A stretch of 62,175 bases of DNA from Patescibacteria group bacterium. GTDB lineage: Bacteria > Patescibacteriota > Microgenomatia > UBA10105 > UBA927. Numbering within the stretch: position 1 is the stretch's first letter; every line of letters starts with the position of its first letter. The notes under the pieces are model-generated. The model did no database searches. It was not told the origin of the DNA and saw only the letters and a list, made by a program, of their open reading frames with translations. The DNA lies in assembly GCA_018821245.1 (NCBI GenBank), contig JAHJMO010000012.1, forward strand, positions 1 through 62,175, given 5' to 3'. The translations under genes and the position numbers were made by a program. Shown piece after piece: positions 1 to 9,510 of this stretch.

Positions 1-23
1 ACGAAGATATACAACCTATACTG

Positions 24-141
24 ACTGCAAAGGGAAGTTTCGATCAGTCAATGGAAAAAGTGGGGTAGAACTCACCAAAAAACCAGAAGTCGATCTGCCG
101 CCCTTATTTTAACCCGTATCAACCGTTTTTGATACGCTACT
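24..141. repeat. Left arm of a perfect 118-bp inverted repeat (partner 62058-62175)
   Basis: The reverse complement of 62058-62175 equals 24-141 base for base. The right arm is cut by the window edge, so the true length is unknown. Confidence 0.9.
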
Positions 142-182
142 TACGCCCCGTGGCGGAGAAGGTAGATGGTCGTTGTCATGGA

Positions 183-749
183 TTATTCAACGTTAATCTG
201 GTGGTGCGCCGCGCACTTGGGCAGATAAAGCTCTGCTCCCGCCACCACTATTTCCTTCGTCCCGGCAATCGCCAGGCGTTCGGTATAGATAGCCGGCATA
301 TCGCACTCCGGTTGGGCGCAGCGGGCGACAAGACGCTGATGGACGTCAGCTATACTTTCTAAAAACGGTGTCGCCCCAAACGGCTCACGCCGAAAATTGT
401 AATTTAATCCCGCGGCCGTTACGTCAATCCCAACCCCAAGGATCCATGTAATAACCTCCCTGGTAGCTTCTCCCGGCAGAAATTGCACCTCATCAATAAT
501 GACGGCGGCAGGACCTTTCTGATTGACCAGCTCTCTCATCTCCCGGGGATTAGTCTCATCTATCAAAAAAGCCGGAGCTCTCCCGTTATCGTGACTGCAA
601 ATTTCACTGGTGGCCCCGTAACGGGTATCCAAGCGCGGCTTAATGACTATCACACGAATTCCCCAATCGAGGTATTCCTGATACCGTGCTACCAATACAT
701 TAGTTTTTCCGGAAAACATGCATCCGGTTACCAAAGTAAATTTACTCAT
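183..749 (-). CDS. tdk: Thymidine kinase
   Basis: 188-aa ORF with an N-terminal P-loop (GCMFSGKT) and C-terminal Cys/His pairs (CAQPEC ... PKCAAHH), as in TK1-type kinases. Its start overlaps the tmk stop. Confidence 0.85.
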   Translation of the reverse strand: MSKFTLVTGCMFSGKTNVLVARYQEYLDWGIRVIVIKPRLDTRYGATSEICSHDNGRAPAFLIDETNPREMRELVNQKGPAAVIIDEVQFLPGEATREVITWILGVGIDVTAAGLNYNFRREPFGATPFLESIADVHQRLVARCAQPECDMPAIYTERLAIAGTKEIVVAGAELYLPKCAAHHQINVE

Positions 750-1456
750 AATTCATGACGGTTTGGGTCAGGAATAATTTTTTTTCGCCTTAAAACCGAA
801 AGAATTTTCTGGTGGATTTCTTCTTTTGAAAGAATGATCCCGTTTTTCGTACAGTCGATTTTCACCCAATGCGGAAACCGTTTACATAAATCGAGGTAGA
901 TATGTTCAACTTCCTGCATTAATTGGGTATTCGATTCGTGAATATCTTTTTCTCGACCATTGCCCATGTATTTGCGTGAGGCCTTCTGTTCCAGAAGTTT
1001 CTGCGACACGGTATACGGCACATACAGAAAAATTACCAGATCTTCTTTGGGAATCCCGAAAGCCTTGTATTCCATTTCAAATGACCAGTCGATAAACCGT
1101 GCACGCGCGGACGGTGGAACTTTGGCCGCCTGGTAGGCAGCATTGGAACCCGCATAGCGGTTCGAGAAAATAACTTTCCCTTCTTCAAGCCAGTGCTCAA
1201 GATCCGGCTTTGCCTGCCAGCGGTCTGCCGCGTACGGAAACAGAAGCAACCACGGCGAAATATCGTTGACGGAACCGAATTCGCCTTTGAGAAACCGCCC
1301 GATCCATTTACCGAAAAATGTTTTGTAATACTGCGGAAAATCCAGCGTCTCAAACGGCAAATGGTGCAACTTGAAATAATCAACAAGGAGCGTCAACTGC
1401 GTCCTCTTCCCTGCCCCGTCCGTCCCTTCAATGACAACAAGTTTCCCTTTGTACAT
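746..1456 (-). CDS. tmk: Thymidylate (dTMP) kinase
   Basis: P-loop IEGTDGAGKRTQ directly after the internal ATG at 1456 (MYKGKLVV). The longer ORF reaching 1588 is probably an upstream extension. Confidence 0.8.
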   Translation of the reverse strand: MYKGKLVVIEGTDGAGKRTQLTLLVDYFKLHHLPFETLDFPQYYKTFFGKWIGRFLKGEFGSVNDISPWLLLFPYAADRWQAKPDLEHWLEEGKVIFSNRYAGSNAAYQAAKVPPSARARFIDWSFEMEYKAFGIPKEDLVIFLYVPYTVSQKLLEQKASRKYMGNGREKDIHESNTQLMQEVEHIYLDLCKRFPHWVKIDCTKNGIILSKEEIHQKILSVLRRKKIIPDPNRHEL

Positions 1457-1503
1457 AGTTATATCATTATTATACAGTGGAATCATCATTACACATATTC
1501 TTT

Positions 1504-2154
1504 TTATACCATCATACGAGCAACATCGTATACCGTAGGCAGGGTAACATCTACTATTGAACTTTTTGTATCGCTCCACACCAAACACGTATGCATGCCA
1601 AGCTTTTTCGCAGGAGCCAAATCTACTGCTTCTCTATCGCCGATCATCAGGTGTTCTTTCGGCGCAACATTTGTTATCTTCAAAATGTAGCGGAAGCCTT
1701 TGTCGCTGGGCTTGTTCACACCGACAGTTTCTGATGTAATGATTTCTTTAAAGATGCCCTGGGACAAACCCAACACGACCAGCGTTTCTTCTAATTTCTT
1801 CTTGACGCCGTTGGCCAGTATATAATGATCAAAACGATCAAGCTTCCGGAAAAGACTTACCAACCGTTTATCCTTCTTCACGAATTTCCGCCGGTCAAAA
1901 TACTCCTCCATTTCCAGAGCCGCTTCACTGGTGGTGATGTTACAAAGATACGCTACTGTCTCTGTAGCACTTGGAGTAACTATTTTATAGTATTTCTGAA
2001 ATTCGTAAACGGTCTTTTCCATCGACCAGCCGGTATGATTTATGATCGTACGATACTCGCTGGAGCGGACGGCGTCCCACAACGCCTGATTGGGTCGAAA
2101 AAAAGTCCCGTCAAAATCCCAAATGATCACCTTAATTCCTGTATGCTTCTTCAT
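1504..2154 (-). CDS. HAD-superfamily hydrolase (possible nucleotidase/phosphatase)
   Basis: HAD motif I (IIWDFDGTFF) and C-terminal MIGDREAVD. Confidence 0.7.
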   Translation of the reverse strand: MKKHTGIKVIIWDFDGTFFRPNQALWDAVRSSEYRTIINHTGWSMEKTVYEFQKYYKIVTPSATETVAYLCNITTSEAALEMEEYFDRRKFVKKDKRLVSLFRKLDRFDHYILANGVKKKLEETLVVLGLSQGIFKEIITSETVGVNKPSDKGFRYILKITNVAPKEHLMIGDREAVDLAPAKKLGMHTCLVWSDTKSSIVDVTLPTVYDVARMMV

Positions 2155-2196
2155 AATAGTATTGATCAGTCAATTTTGGCGATCTATTAACGTAAA

Positions 2197-2829
2197 TCAC
2201 CATCTATGCATCTTGAGGTATTTCTGAACATTGCACAATAACTCATTCTGTGCTTGCTTGCTTCGTACCACATTGAGCCCATCTGTCTTTATCGTCAACA
2301 CAGGAATTGTTTTGTTTTCCGTAAGCCACTTGTGATTAAGCATATCCAAAAGCTCCAGATAGCTTAATGGGATTTTCTGTTCATATCCCCGACCCCGCTT
2401 TCCTATGCGATCGGAAAGTACAGAAACGCTTGTTTCCAAAAAGATAATACAGTCGGGTTTGGGAAAATACGGCTCAAAAGATCGGTAAATGTTTTGGTAT
2501 AACCGCCACTCTGCGTCATCGATATTGCCCAACACATGCTGCGCTTTGGCGTACGAAAATGCGTCCTGCTGAATGGGTGTATCCTGCACAATACCTTTAT
2601 ATTTAGATTTCTGAGCGCGTGCAACTTCAAAAAGTTGCTGCGTTTTTTCCATCAGGAAAAACGTCTGAGAATGGAACGCCCAACGCTTCATGTCCTGGTA
2701 AAATCTGGGGAGGAAAGCGTTCTCTCCAAAATTCTCCTCAAGAAGCCGGAACCGCGTTTCTTTCGCAATAAGCCGCGCAACTGTAGTTTTCCCGCTTCCC
2801 ATGGTACCCATGACGGCAACGTACAACAT
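2197..2829 (-). CDS. Deoxynucleoside kinase family protein
   Basis: P-loop VMGTMGSGKTT after the ATG at 2829, then LLEENFGENAFLPRFY and a DR...GR lid-like segment typical of dAK/dCK/dGK kinases. Confidence 0.7.
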   Translation of the reverse strand: MLYVAVMGTMGSGKTTVARLIAKETRFRLLEENFGENAFLPRFYQDMKRWAFHSQTFFLMEKTQQLFEVARAQKSKYKGIVQDTPIQQDAFSYAKAQHVLGNIDDAEWRLYQNIYRSFEPYFPKPDCIIFLETSVSVLSDRIGKRGRGYEQKIPLSYLELLDMLNHKWLTENKTIPVLTIKTDGLNVVRSKQAQNELLCNVQKYLKMHRW

Positions 2830-2964
2830 TTTATTTTTTGATGTTTTCACAGTACCTCTTGTACCACTGATAGCCCGATTGTTCAAGAGCATAAAAATTC
2901 CAAAGCCTTGACAGGGGCAGCCGCACCGCCATACCATGAAAGAGCTGAATCTTTCATATACCAT

Positions 2965-4770
2965 ATGTGCGGAATTTTTGGATACGTCGGAAACAAAACG
3001 AACGCTGCGACTATTGTTTTTGAAGGACTGAAGCGCCTTGAATACCGAGGCTATGACAGCTGGGGAATTGCGGTGGTACCAACTGCAAGTGAAAAGTCAA
3101 AAGTGAAAAGTGAAAAGTTAATAAACACAATAGTTGTCAAAAAGAAGACAGGAAAAATCGGGAATGCTAATGTGAATGACATGCCTTCAAGCTCATTTGC
3201 TTTTGGCCATACCCGTTGGGCTACACACGGCGGCGTAACGCAGACAAACGCCCATCCACACCTGGATTGCACCGGACGGATAGCACTCATTCACAACGGC
3301 ATCTTTGAAAACTATGAAGGGATCAAAAAAACCTTGGTGAAGAAAGGTCACCGGTTTACCTCCGAAACAGATACGGAAGTGGCCGTACATCTGATAGAAG
3401 AATACAGGAAAACCATGGCACTCGCCAAAGCAGTGCAAAAGGCGTTCAACGACATGGCAGGTTTAAACGCCATCATCGTGATCGACTCCGATAGAAACCA
3501 GTTAATAGCCGCAAGAAATGGCTCTCCGCTCGTTATCGGATTCGGACATCAGGAAAATTTTTTGGCAAGTGACGCCGCTGCACTTCTGCCACACACCAAG
3601 CAGGTACACTTTTTGGAAGACGACGAAATGACAATCGTCGGACATAAAGGAATCATGATATTCGATGCCAAAACAGGCACAAAAATAGCGCCCAAAGTCC
3701 AAAAACTTACATGGAGCACGCGTCAAGCGGAAAAGGGAACATACCCATACTTCATGCTGAAAGAAATCCATGAACAGCCGGATATCATTGCTGATATATC
3801 AGAAACCATGATCTCTCCTGCCAAACGCATGACAGAAGTGATCAGGAAATCACAAGGTACGTATCTGGTGGGGTGCGGCACTGCGGGGTATGCATGTATG
3901 GCAGGAAGCTACTTGTTCTCCAAAGTTGCCAAACGGCATGTAAACTGGGCTGTGGGGAGCGAATTCGGATACCAACTTAATTTTTTGACGAAAAAAAGTC
4001 TGGTCATGGCGCTCTCCCAATCGGGCGAAACCATAGACATACTCGAATCGGTCAAGAAAGCCAAAAACAACGGCGCGAGTATTGTTGCATTAGTAAATGT
4101 ATTGGGCTCTTCGCTTTATAGAATGGCAGACCATAAAACGCTTATCGGTGCAGGACCAGAAAAAGCTGTTGCGTCCACCAAAGCGTTTACGGCAAAAATT
4201 GCATACCTGGTGCTTCTTGCGTATGGACTGGCCGGAAAAACAAAAGAAGGGCAAACGGTGTTGATGCATGCGGTGAGTTCCGGAAAAAAAGTGTTGTCAT
4301 CCCTGTCATTGGCTCGCATACAAAAGCTTGCATCGCGCTTAAAAAACACCGAACACATTTTTGTCGTCGGACGCGGAATTTCGTACCCTGCAAGCCTGGA
4401 AACAGCACTCAAGATTAAGGAAATATCCTATATCCATGCCGAAGGATTTGCCGCAGGAGAACTCAAACACGGAGTTATTGCGCTAGTAGAAAAAGACACG
4501 CCGTGCATCGTCTTTGCACCAAACGATGAAGCGTATGGGGCAAATCTCGCCGGAGCTATGGAAATGAAAGCCCGCGGTGGGTTTATCGTGGGCATTTCGC
4601 ATAAACCACACGAAGTGTTTGATTACTATATTCCGGTTGACGATGCTTGTGAAGCTACAATTATTCCAAATGTCATAGTTGGTCAACTCCTTGCCTACTA
4701 CCTGGCAATTGAAAAAGGCTTGGACCCTGATATGCCAAGGAACCTCGCCAAAAGCGTAACGGTAAAATGA
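2965..4770 (+). CDS. glmS: Glutamine--fructose-6-phosphate aminotransferase
   Basis: Starts MCGIFGY (Ntn Cys2), has two SIS domains and the C-terminal NLAKSVTVK. TGA stop. Confidence 0.95.
   Translation: MCGIFGYVGNKTNAATIVFEGLKRLEYRGYDSWGIAVVPTASEKSKVKSEKLINTIVVKKKTGKIGNANVNDMPSSSFAFGHTRWATHGGVTQTNAHPHLDCTGRIALIHNGIFENYEGIKKTLVKKGHRFTSETDTEVAVHLIEEYRKTMALAKAVQKAFNDMAGLNAIIVIDSDRNQLIAARNGSPLVIGFGHQENFLASDAAALLPHTKQVHFLEDDEMTIVGHKGIMIFDAKTGTKIAPKVQKLTWSTRQAEKGTYPYFMLKEIHEQPDIIADISETMISPAKRMTEVIRKSQGTYLVGCGTAGYACMAGSYLFSKVAKRHVNWAVGSEFGYQLNFLTKKSLVMALSQSGETIDILESVKKAKNNGASIVALVNVLGSSLYRMADHKTLIGAGPEKAVASTKAFTAKIAYLVLLAYGLAGKTKEGQTVLMHAVSSGKKVLSSLSLARIQKLASRLKNTEHIFVVGRGISYPASLETALKIKEISYIHAEGFAAGELKHGVIALVEKDTPCIVFAPNDEAYGANLAGAMEMKARGGFIVGISHKPHEVFDYYIPVDDACEATIIPNVIVGQLLAYYLAIEKGLDPDMPRNLAKSVTVK
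3088..3118. repeat. Heptad word repeat (AGTSAAA x4) inside glmS
   Basis: agtgaaa agtcaaa agtgaaa agtgaaa agt, encoding SEKSKVKSEK. This is the reverse complement of the TTTYGAC/TTTCACT word seen elsewhere. Confidence 0.85.
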
Positions 4771-4797
4771 CCTAGTTTGATCTATTGATTCCCGGTA

Positions 4798-6348
4798 TCA
4801 GGCACAAAAGAGTTCTTTATTCGCCGCCGGATCCTGGCTATACTTTTCCGGTACGCCACACCGTATATAATATTCCGCACGCTGAAGCTCGGCGCCAATA
4901 TATATCAGATGACTTGGCAAGACAAGGAAGTCGCCGATGTTAACCATCCCGATGTACAGTTCCATGGCGCTTTTACCGCGCCATTCTTTAAGGAGAAGCC
5001 CTCCATTGGGCGCATACAGCTTGACGACAATTTCATATTCTTTCTTTAAAGGTTTCTTGGCGTGGATAGGCGGCCTGCCTACGGGATTTCTCGCACCTGA
5101 TTCCTCTATCTCAATGACAATATTTCCCCGTAGATCATCTTCAAACATCTGCCGGCTTGTGTATCCTAATTCCTTCTCATAATTCTCTTTGGTGATTTTG
5201 CCGACCAGTTCATAATCGTCGCTATAGATATGGGCGCTATGGGTAATCATGACAAACGCGCCCATTGGGTAACCGGACTCGTCTGCGATCAATTTCTGGA
5301 GTTTGCGCAGGCTGAACACATTTCTCGGCCAGCCGTGCACCATATCCTGCGAACGGAAATGGGTCGTCATGAAAAGCTTTCCGTCTTGTATTGAACACAA
5401 AATTTGAGTGAGACACGGTGTGTCTCCTTTGTTCACAACCGACCAGTCTTCTTTTACATTTGCCGTAAACGCAACCATTTTTTTGCTAAACGGACGTTTT
5501 TTGATAAGATCGATAATCTGTTGAATTTGGTCAACACCGTCATGATCGCGCAGGCGCTGACCGTATGTATAAGCAATCCCAGGAATCTGTTTGGCGGAAA
5601 GGACCTGCGGATAATACGCATCTAAATCTTTCTGGGTAAACGGAAAATAGTGAGGCAAATATGGATGATCCGGATCTTCATTGTACACAACGGCCATCAC
5701 GTTGAGGAGCTCCTTCAGTTCGTTTTCCTGGGTATACCGTGTAGTTTTATTGCGGCCGTAGCGCATAATGTTATTAATGATCTTAAGCCAGGTTTGGGCG
5801 GCGGTAACACCATGAGTCCGGAAACCGATCTGCTCACTTGGGAAAGTAAACGGCTTAGGACGACTAGTGGGAAAAGTCTTCGGTTCAGTAAAAGATTTAG
5901 GCTTTTCCTGACTAAGTTGGGCCACGGTTTGCTGAAGATCAGTAACAGGTTTACCACGTAAATTTACTACCCGGATATTTTTCCGGAACAGATCGATATT
6001 GTTCCGACCAATTTCTTTCTCTATCTGACCTTTTTTCTCATCGCCGATAATAAAAAAGTCCTCGTCTGTCCCGTTTTCCATGAGCGCTAATAGGGCCTGG
6101 CCGCTCCGGGAAAGATCAGCGCCCCAAAGAACAATGTGACGGATATTGGGATTGGCGAAAATATTGCGTATCATCGCAGAAATCCCAGCCGAAGAGTACA
6201 AGTTGCCGATGGCGCAATAGTCAACATTCTTAAGAAGATCCGCGACTACCTGACGCTCTGTCCACATCACGGCCACCCCGACGGGGTTTTTCGGATCTTT
6301 AACTTGTAAAACCTGTTTATAGAGGATTGGCCAATCCATACTACTCAT
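4798..6348 (-). CDS. Thymidylate-synthase-like core with extra N- and C-terminal domains
   Basis: The central region has ThyA-type motifs (DTPCLTQI catalytic-Cys context, HFRSQDMVHGWPRN, HSAHIYSDD). The first ~150 aa resemble MtrA-like proteins (NPNIRHIVLWGAD). A ~110-aa C-terminal extension contains HLIYIGAELQRAE. Confidence 0.6.
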   Translation of the reverse strand: MSSMDWPILYKQVLQVKDPKNPVGVAVMWTERQVVADLLKNVDYCAIGNLYSSAGISAMIRNIFANPNIRHIVLWGADLSRSGQALLALMENGTDEDFFIIGDEKKGQIEKEIGRNNIDLFRKNIRVVNLRGKPVTDLQQTVAQLSQEKPKSFTEPKTFPTSRPKPFTFPSEQIGFRTHGVTAAQTWLKIINNIMRYGRNKTTRYTQENELKELLNVMAVVYNEDPDHPYLPHYFPFTQKDLDAYYPQVLSAKQIPGIAYTYGQRLRDHDGVDQIQQIIDLIKKRPFSKKMVAFTANVKEDWSVVNKGDTPCLTQILCSIQDGKLFMTTHFRSQDMVHGWPRNVFSLRKLQKLIADESGYPMGAFVMITHSAHIYSDDYELVGKITKENYEKELGYTSRQMFEDDLRGNIVIEIEESGARNPVGRPPIHAKKPLKKEYEIVVKLYAPNGGLLLKEWRGKSAMELYIGMVNIGDFLVLPSHLIYIGAELQRAEYYIRCGVPEKYSQDPAANKELFCA

Positions 6349-6914
6349 TTCTCCTCGGTGATTTTGCTGAGCTGGGCAGAAGTTTGGTGCAGGTATTTTG
6401 CTGACTTTTTTTTATCATACGGAACTTCTGCAGGAGAGCTTAATTCTTCAAAACTCATCGAACAAATCCTCATGCCGGGATAGAGTGCAACCGGCATTCT
6501 GCCCATGTTGCCAAGCTCCATGACCACAACTCCACGAAATCCGGGGTCGAAAATGGAAGCAGTAGAGTGCACCACGATCCCCAATCGCCCCAAACTCGAA
6601 CGGCCTTCCAGCCGGCCTAATAAATCTTCCGGCAATTCAATCGTTTCGACGGTCGTAGCCAATACAAAATCCCCAGGCTGCAGAATAAATGGCTCTCTAT
6701 CGTCAAGGATAATCTCCTTCATCATGTCTTGTGCAAATTTGGAATTCATGGGATCAATATACGCGACCTTACTGTGATTAAATACCCGAAAATTTCTGCC
6801 CAATCGAAGGTCAACTGAACAGGAACCGAGTTGGGTCTTGAGATTGAGAGCAGGTGTAAAATTGATTCTCTTGTTTCTGATTGCTTTTCGTATATCGCGG
6901 TCTGACAAAATCAT
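6345..6914 (-). CDS. dcd: dCTP deaminase
   Basis: Starts MILSDRDI at the ATG at 6914, followed by LEGRSSLGRLGI and the dUTPase-like fold signature. Confidence 0.85.
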   Translation of the reverse strand: MILSDRDIRKAIRNKRINFTPALNLKTQLGSCSVDLRLGRNFRVFNHSKVAYIDPMNSKFAQDMMKEIILDDREPFILQPGDFVLATTVETIELPEDLLGRLEGRSSLGRLGIVVHSTASIFDPGFRGVVVMELGNMGRMPVALYPGMRICSMSFEELSSPAEVPYDKKKSAKYLHQTSAQLSKITEEK

Positions 6915-6973
6915 GTGAAACAGTATAGGGGATTTACCATGAAAGGACAAGTTGCCAAGATGCTTGTTCCCTC

Positions 6974-7405
6974 TCACCATCCGAACTCAGAATAGATAAC
7001 GTTCTTTCTATAGTTATCAATCGCCGCGCGGATATATGGGACGGTATTCTTGGGCAATCGTGTCAGAGGAAACCACCTGACATTACTACATTTTTTAGGT
7101 TCCCTGTTGCGGATAGTTGCTCCCTGTGCTTGGACCGTGAAGAAAAAGTCCATGCGGATATCGCTCTCCTTTCGGTGCATGACATGTGCAAGCGTAAGAT
7201 CTTCCGGCTGAAGGTTAATCCCTATCTCCTCTTTCACTTCGCGGCATGTTGCCTTCTTCAACGATTCGTTATCTTCGACGTGACCGGCGGGCAGACTGTA
7301 TTTTCCGTCTTGATAACCAGTCTGAAACCTGCGCGACAAGAGTATCTTTTCTTTACGAATAAGCATCAAATATCCCGACGCAATCATAGTAAACCGTTTT
7401 TTCAT
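6974..7405 (-). CDS. NUDIX hydrolase
   Basis: Nudix box GHVEDNESLKKATCREVKEEIGI. Confidence 0.8.
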   Translation of the reverse strand: MKKRFTMIASGYLMLIRKEKILLSRRFQTGYQDGKYSLPAGHVEDNESLKKATCREVKEEIGINLQPEDLTLAHVMHRKESDIRMDFFFTVQAQGATIRNREPKKCSNVRWFPLTRLPKNTVPYIRAAIDNYRKNVIYSEFGW

Positions 7406-7512
7406 ACATTTTTGGTGTTCATACTCGCTTGAACTTCCCCTGCCATGGACAGCAACATAACGGTATTATACTATGTACCGAAGAGTTGTTCTTTTATTCA
7501 CACGCATCTTCT

Positions 7513-8124
7513 ATGCTGCAGGAAGTCATATTTGACGTCGAGACGCAAAAACTATTTAACGAAATTACCACTAACGATCCGGCGGATTTGGGTATATCGC
7601 TGGTAAGCGTCTACGTAAGGCAGATCAATGACAAGCAAGAAGAAATTGGCGGAACGATGTACAGCTTTTGGGACCATGAGCTTGCCGGCATGTGGCCCCT
7701 GTTTGAAGACGCCAAAAGAATTATCGGCTTCAACTCGCGTAAATTCGACGTTCCCGCGCTTTCTCCACGCGCGCCGAAAAACTTTAGCAGACTCCCCCAC
7801 TTTGACATCATGGAGTTTGTCCGAAGCGCGCTTGGATTCAGCTTGAGCCTCGATTCGCTTGTCCAGCACTCGCTTGGACGGGAGAAGACAGACGTAGGTA
7901 CCAACGCAGTCAAATATTGGAAAAGCCAGAATCCTCAACTGCTCCAAAAACTCAAAAACTACTGCGAGGCCGATGTCCTCCTGACCCGCGACTTGTATGA
8001 CTTCGGGGTAAAAAACAAATTTCTCAAATATCGGGATAAGTGGAATAATTTGCTCAATATTGAAGTTGATTTTTCTTATCCTAAAGAGGTCATAGACTCT
8101 ACAAGACAAATCGGTTTATTTTAA
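7513..8124 (+). CDS. DEDD-type 3'-5' exonuclease / RNase H-like fold protein
   Basis: Exo motifs VIFDVETQ, IGFNSRKFDVP and YCEADVLLTRDLY. The ATG at 7513 is preferred over the longer ORF. Confidence 0.6.
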   Translation: MLQEVIFDVETQKLFNEITTNDPADLGISLVSVYVRQINDKQEEIGGTMYSFWDHELAGMWPLFEDAKRIIGFNSRKFDVPALSPRAPKNFSRLPHFDIMEFVRSALGFSLSLDSLVQHSLGREKTDVGTNAVKYWKSQNPQLLQKLKNYCEADVLLTRDLYDFGVKNKFLKYRDKWNNLLNIEVDFSYPKEVIDSTRQIGLF

Positions 8125-9438
8125 ACGAATCGTTCTTCTCCCGACAACAGCTGCCGCGGCACCTACAGAGCCTGCATGATCTATATATGGGAACTGAAAA
8201 TCCTTGCCAGTTAAAATATTTGCTTGTGAGCACACACAATCTTTATATCCGGACATTTTCCAAAACACCGAACCCTCAATAGGCACAATGATTTGTTCGT
8301 CAGGAAATTCATCCGGAAACGTGCGAACAATTGTCGCAAGCTTGGCTCCGACGATTTGCGCCGAACGATTGCGTAAACGCATTGCCGCATCATAAAGTAT
8401 GCTCAATGCCTCTTCTGTAAAATCGCCATAGATGTATTCCGTAAGCTTCTCAATATTTCTATCAATAATATGCGAAACCACCTCTGCCGGAAGATTTTCT
8501 TCTCCAAACTCGGGTGTCTTGCGTACATGAATAACGTTTAGGTCTACAAGAGTCTCGATAACTGCTTCCAGTTGTGCGCCCAAATACATACCGGCAATTT
8601 GCTTTTCCGCGCGCTGAAGCCCCGGGTTAGCACTCTTTTTGTCAACTTTTTCAACAAACGGGTGTTGCGGTACGTGATGAAAGCCGCCACATTCAATATT
8701 GAATATTTTACCCTCTACCGACATGGCTAAGTTGTACCCCGTCCCTACAATCCCTCCAATTTTACTTGGTGTTGACAATAGCGCTGCCGGAGTATCGTTA
8801 AGAACTACCAACGAGTCTAACGTATCCATATGGTATACGCCTGAAGCACGCATATGCTCTATGAGGGCGCTCCCTACTGGTTTTGCGTCTATTCCGTCTA
8901 TATAAAACCCTTTCGGCAGACTTGCAGGAGACATAACGTCTACACCTAACGGAACATCAACAACACTTGCCGGAAAAGAATATATTATACCCAAAGCAGT
9001 AATCTGTTTTCGGGCAACAATATCGTTAACATGATGCAGCGCTTCGTGAAAAAATTCCTGAGGACTGTTAAAAACTCTTTTGCGAAGCTCCCCACGCATG
9101 CTCAATTCTTTATTGCTGGAAGGGTCGCGTAGAATTCTCGGCACACCATCGCTCCCAATGGTAACCCACGCGGCAAAAACATTTGTTCCACCTATCTCTA
9201 AAATGAGCGCTTCTTCGCCGACATGATAATGCCGAAGATTGTCGGACGATAAAGGAAACAGATGAGTGTCGATCATCTTGAGACTACCGGGGTTTGGCGG
9301 ATTTTGTAAGCCGCCTTGCAGTTCTTGTGCGAACAATTGAATTATTTGAGATGTTTCAGAAGTAGTAAGACCCCTAAATCCAACCGAATCAAAATACTGA
9401 ATGCATTTAGTAAAACGTTCTGTAGGTGTTTCTACCAT
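8116..9438 (-). CDS. Hexokinase-family sugar kinase (tentative)
   Basis: LILEIGGTNVF, LGIIYSFPA (compare hexokinase LGFTFSFP), GGIVGTGYNLA and IECGGF. Confidence 0.5.
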   Translation of the reverse strand: MVETPTERFTKCIQYFDSVGFRGLTTSETSQIIQLFAQELQGGLQNPPNPGSLKMIDTHLFPLSSDNLRHYHVGEEALILEIGGTNVFAAWVTIGSDGVPRILRDPSSNKELSMRGELRKRVFNSPQEFFHEALHHVNDIVARKQITALGIIYSFPASVVDVPLGVDVMSPASLPKGFYIDGIDAKPVGSALIEHMRASGVYHMDTLDSLVVLNDTPAALLSTPSKIGGIVGTGYNLAMSVEGKIFNIECGGFHHVPQHPFVEKVDKKSANPGLQRAEKQIAGMYLGAQLEAVIETLVDLNVIHVRKTPEFGEENLPAEVVSHIIDRNIEKLTEYIYGDFTEEALSILYDAAMRLRNRSAQIVGAKLATIVRTFPDEFPDEQIIVPIEGSVFWKMSGYKDCVCSQANILTGKDFQFPYIDHAGSVGAAAAVVGRRTIRLK

Positions 9439-9510
9439 ACTAGATGGGCAATATGCGATTATACGGCCAACGGGGTTTTTGTCAACTTCAGCATTTCTAT
9501 CCGCGGTAGC

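Noticed and set aside
129-2841. Numerous antisense or alternative-frame ORFs within well-supported genes (for example 129-362, 483-758, 1033-1386, 1193-1690, 2536-2841, and similar ones throughout the track)
   Set aside because: Each overlaps a longer ORF with clear family motifs on the other strand or frame. Many start at TTG or GTG and lack ribosome-binding sites.
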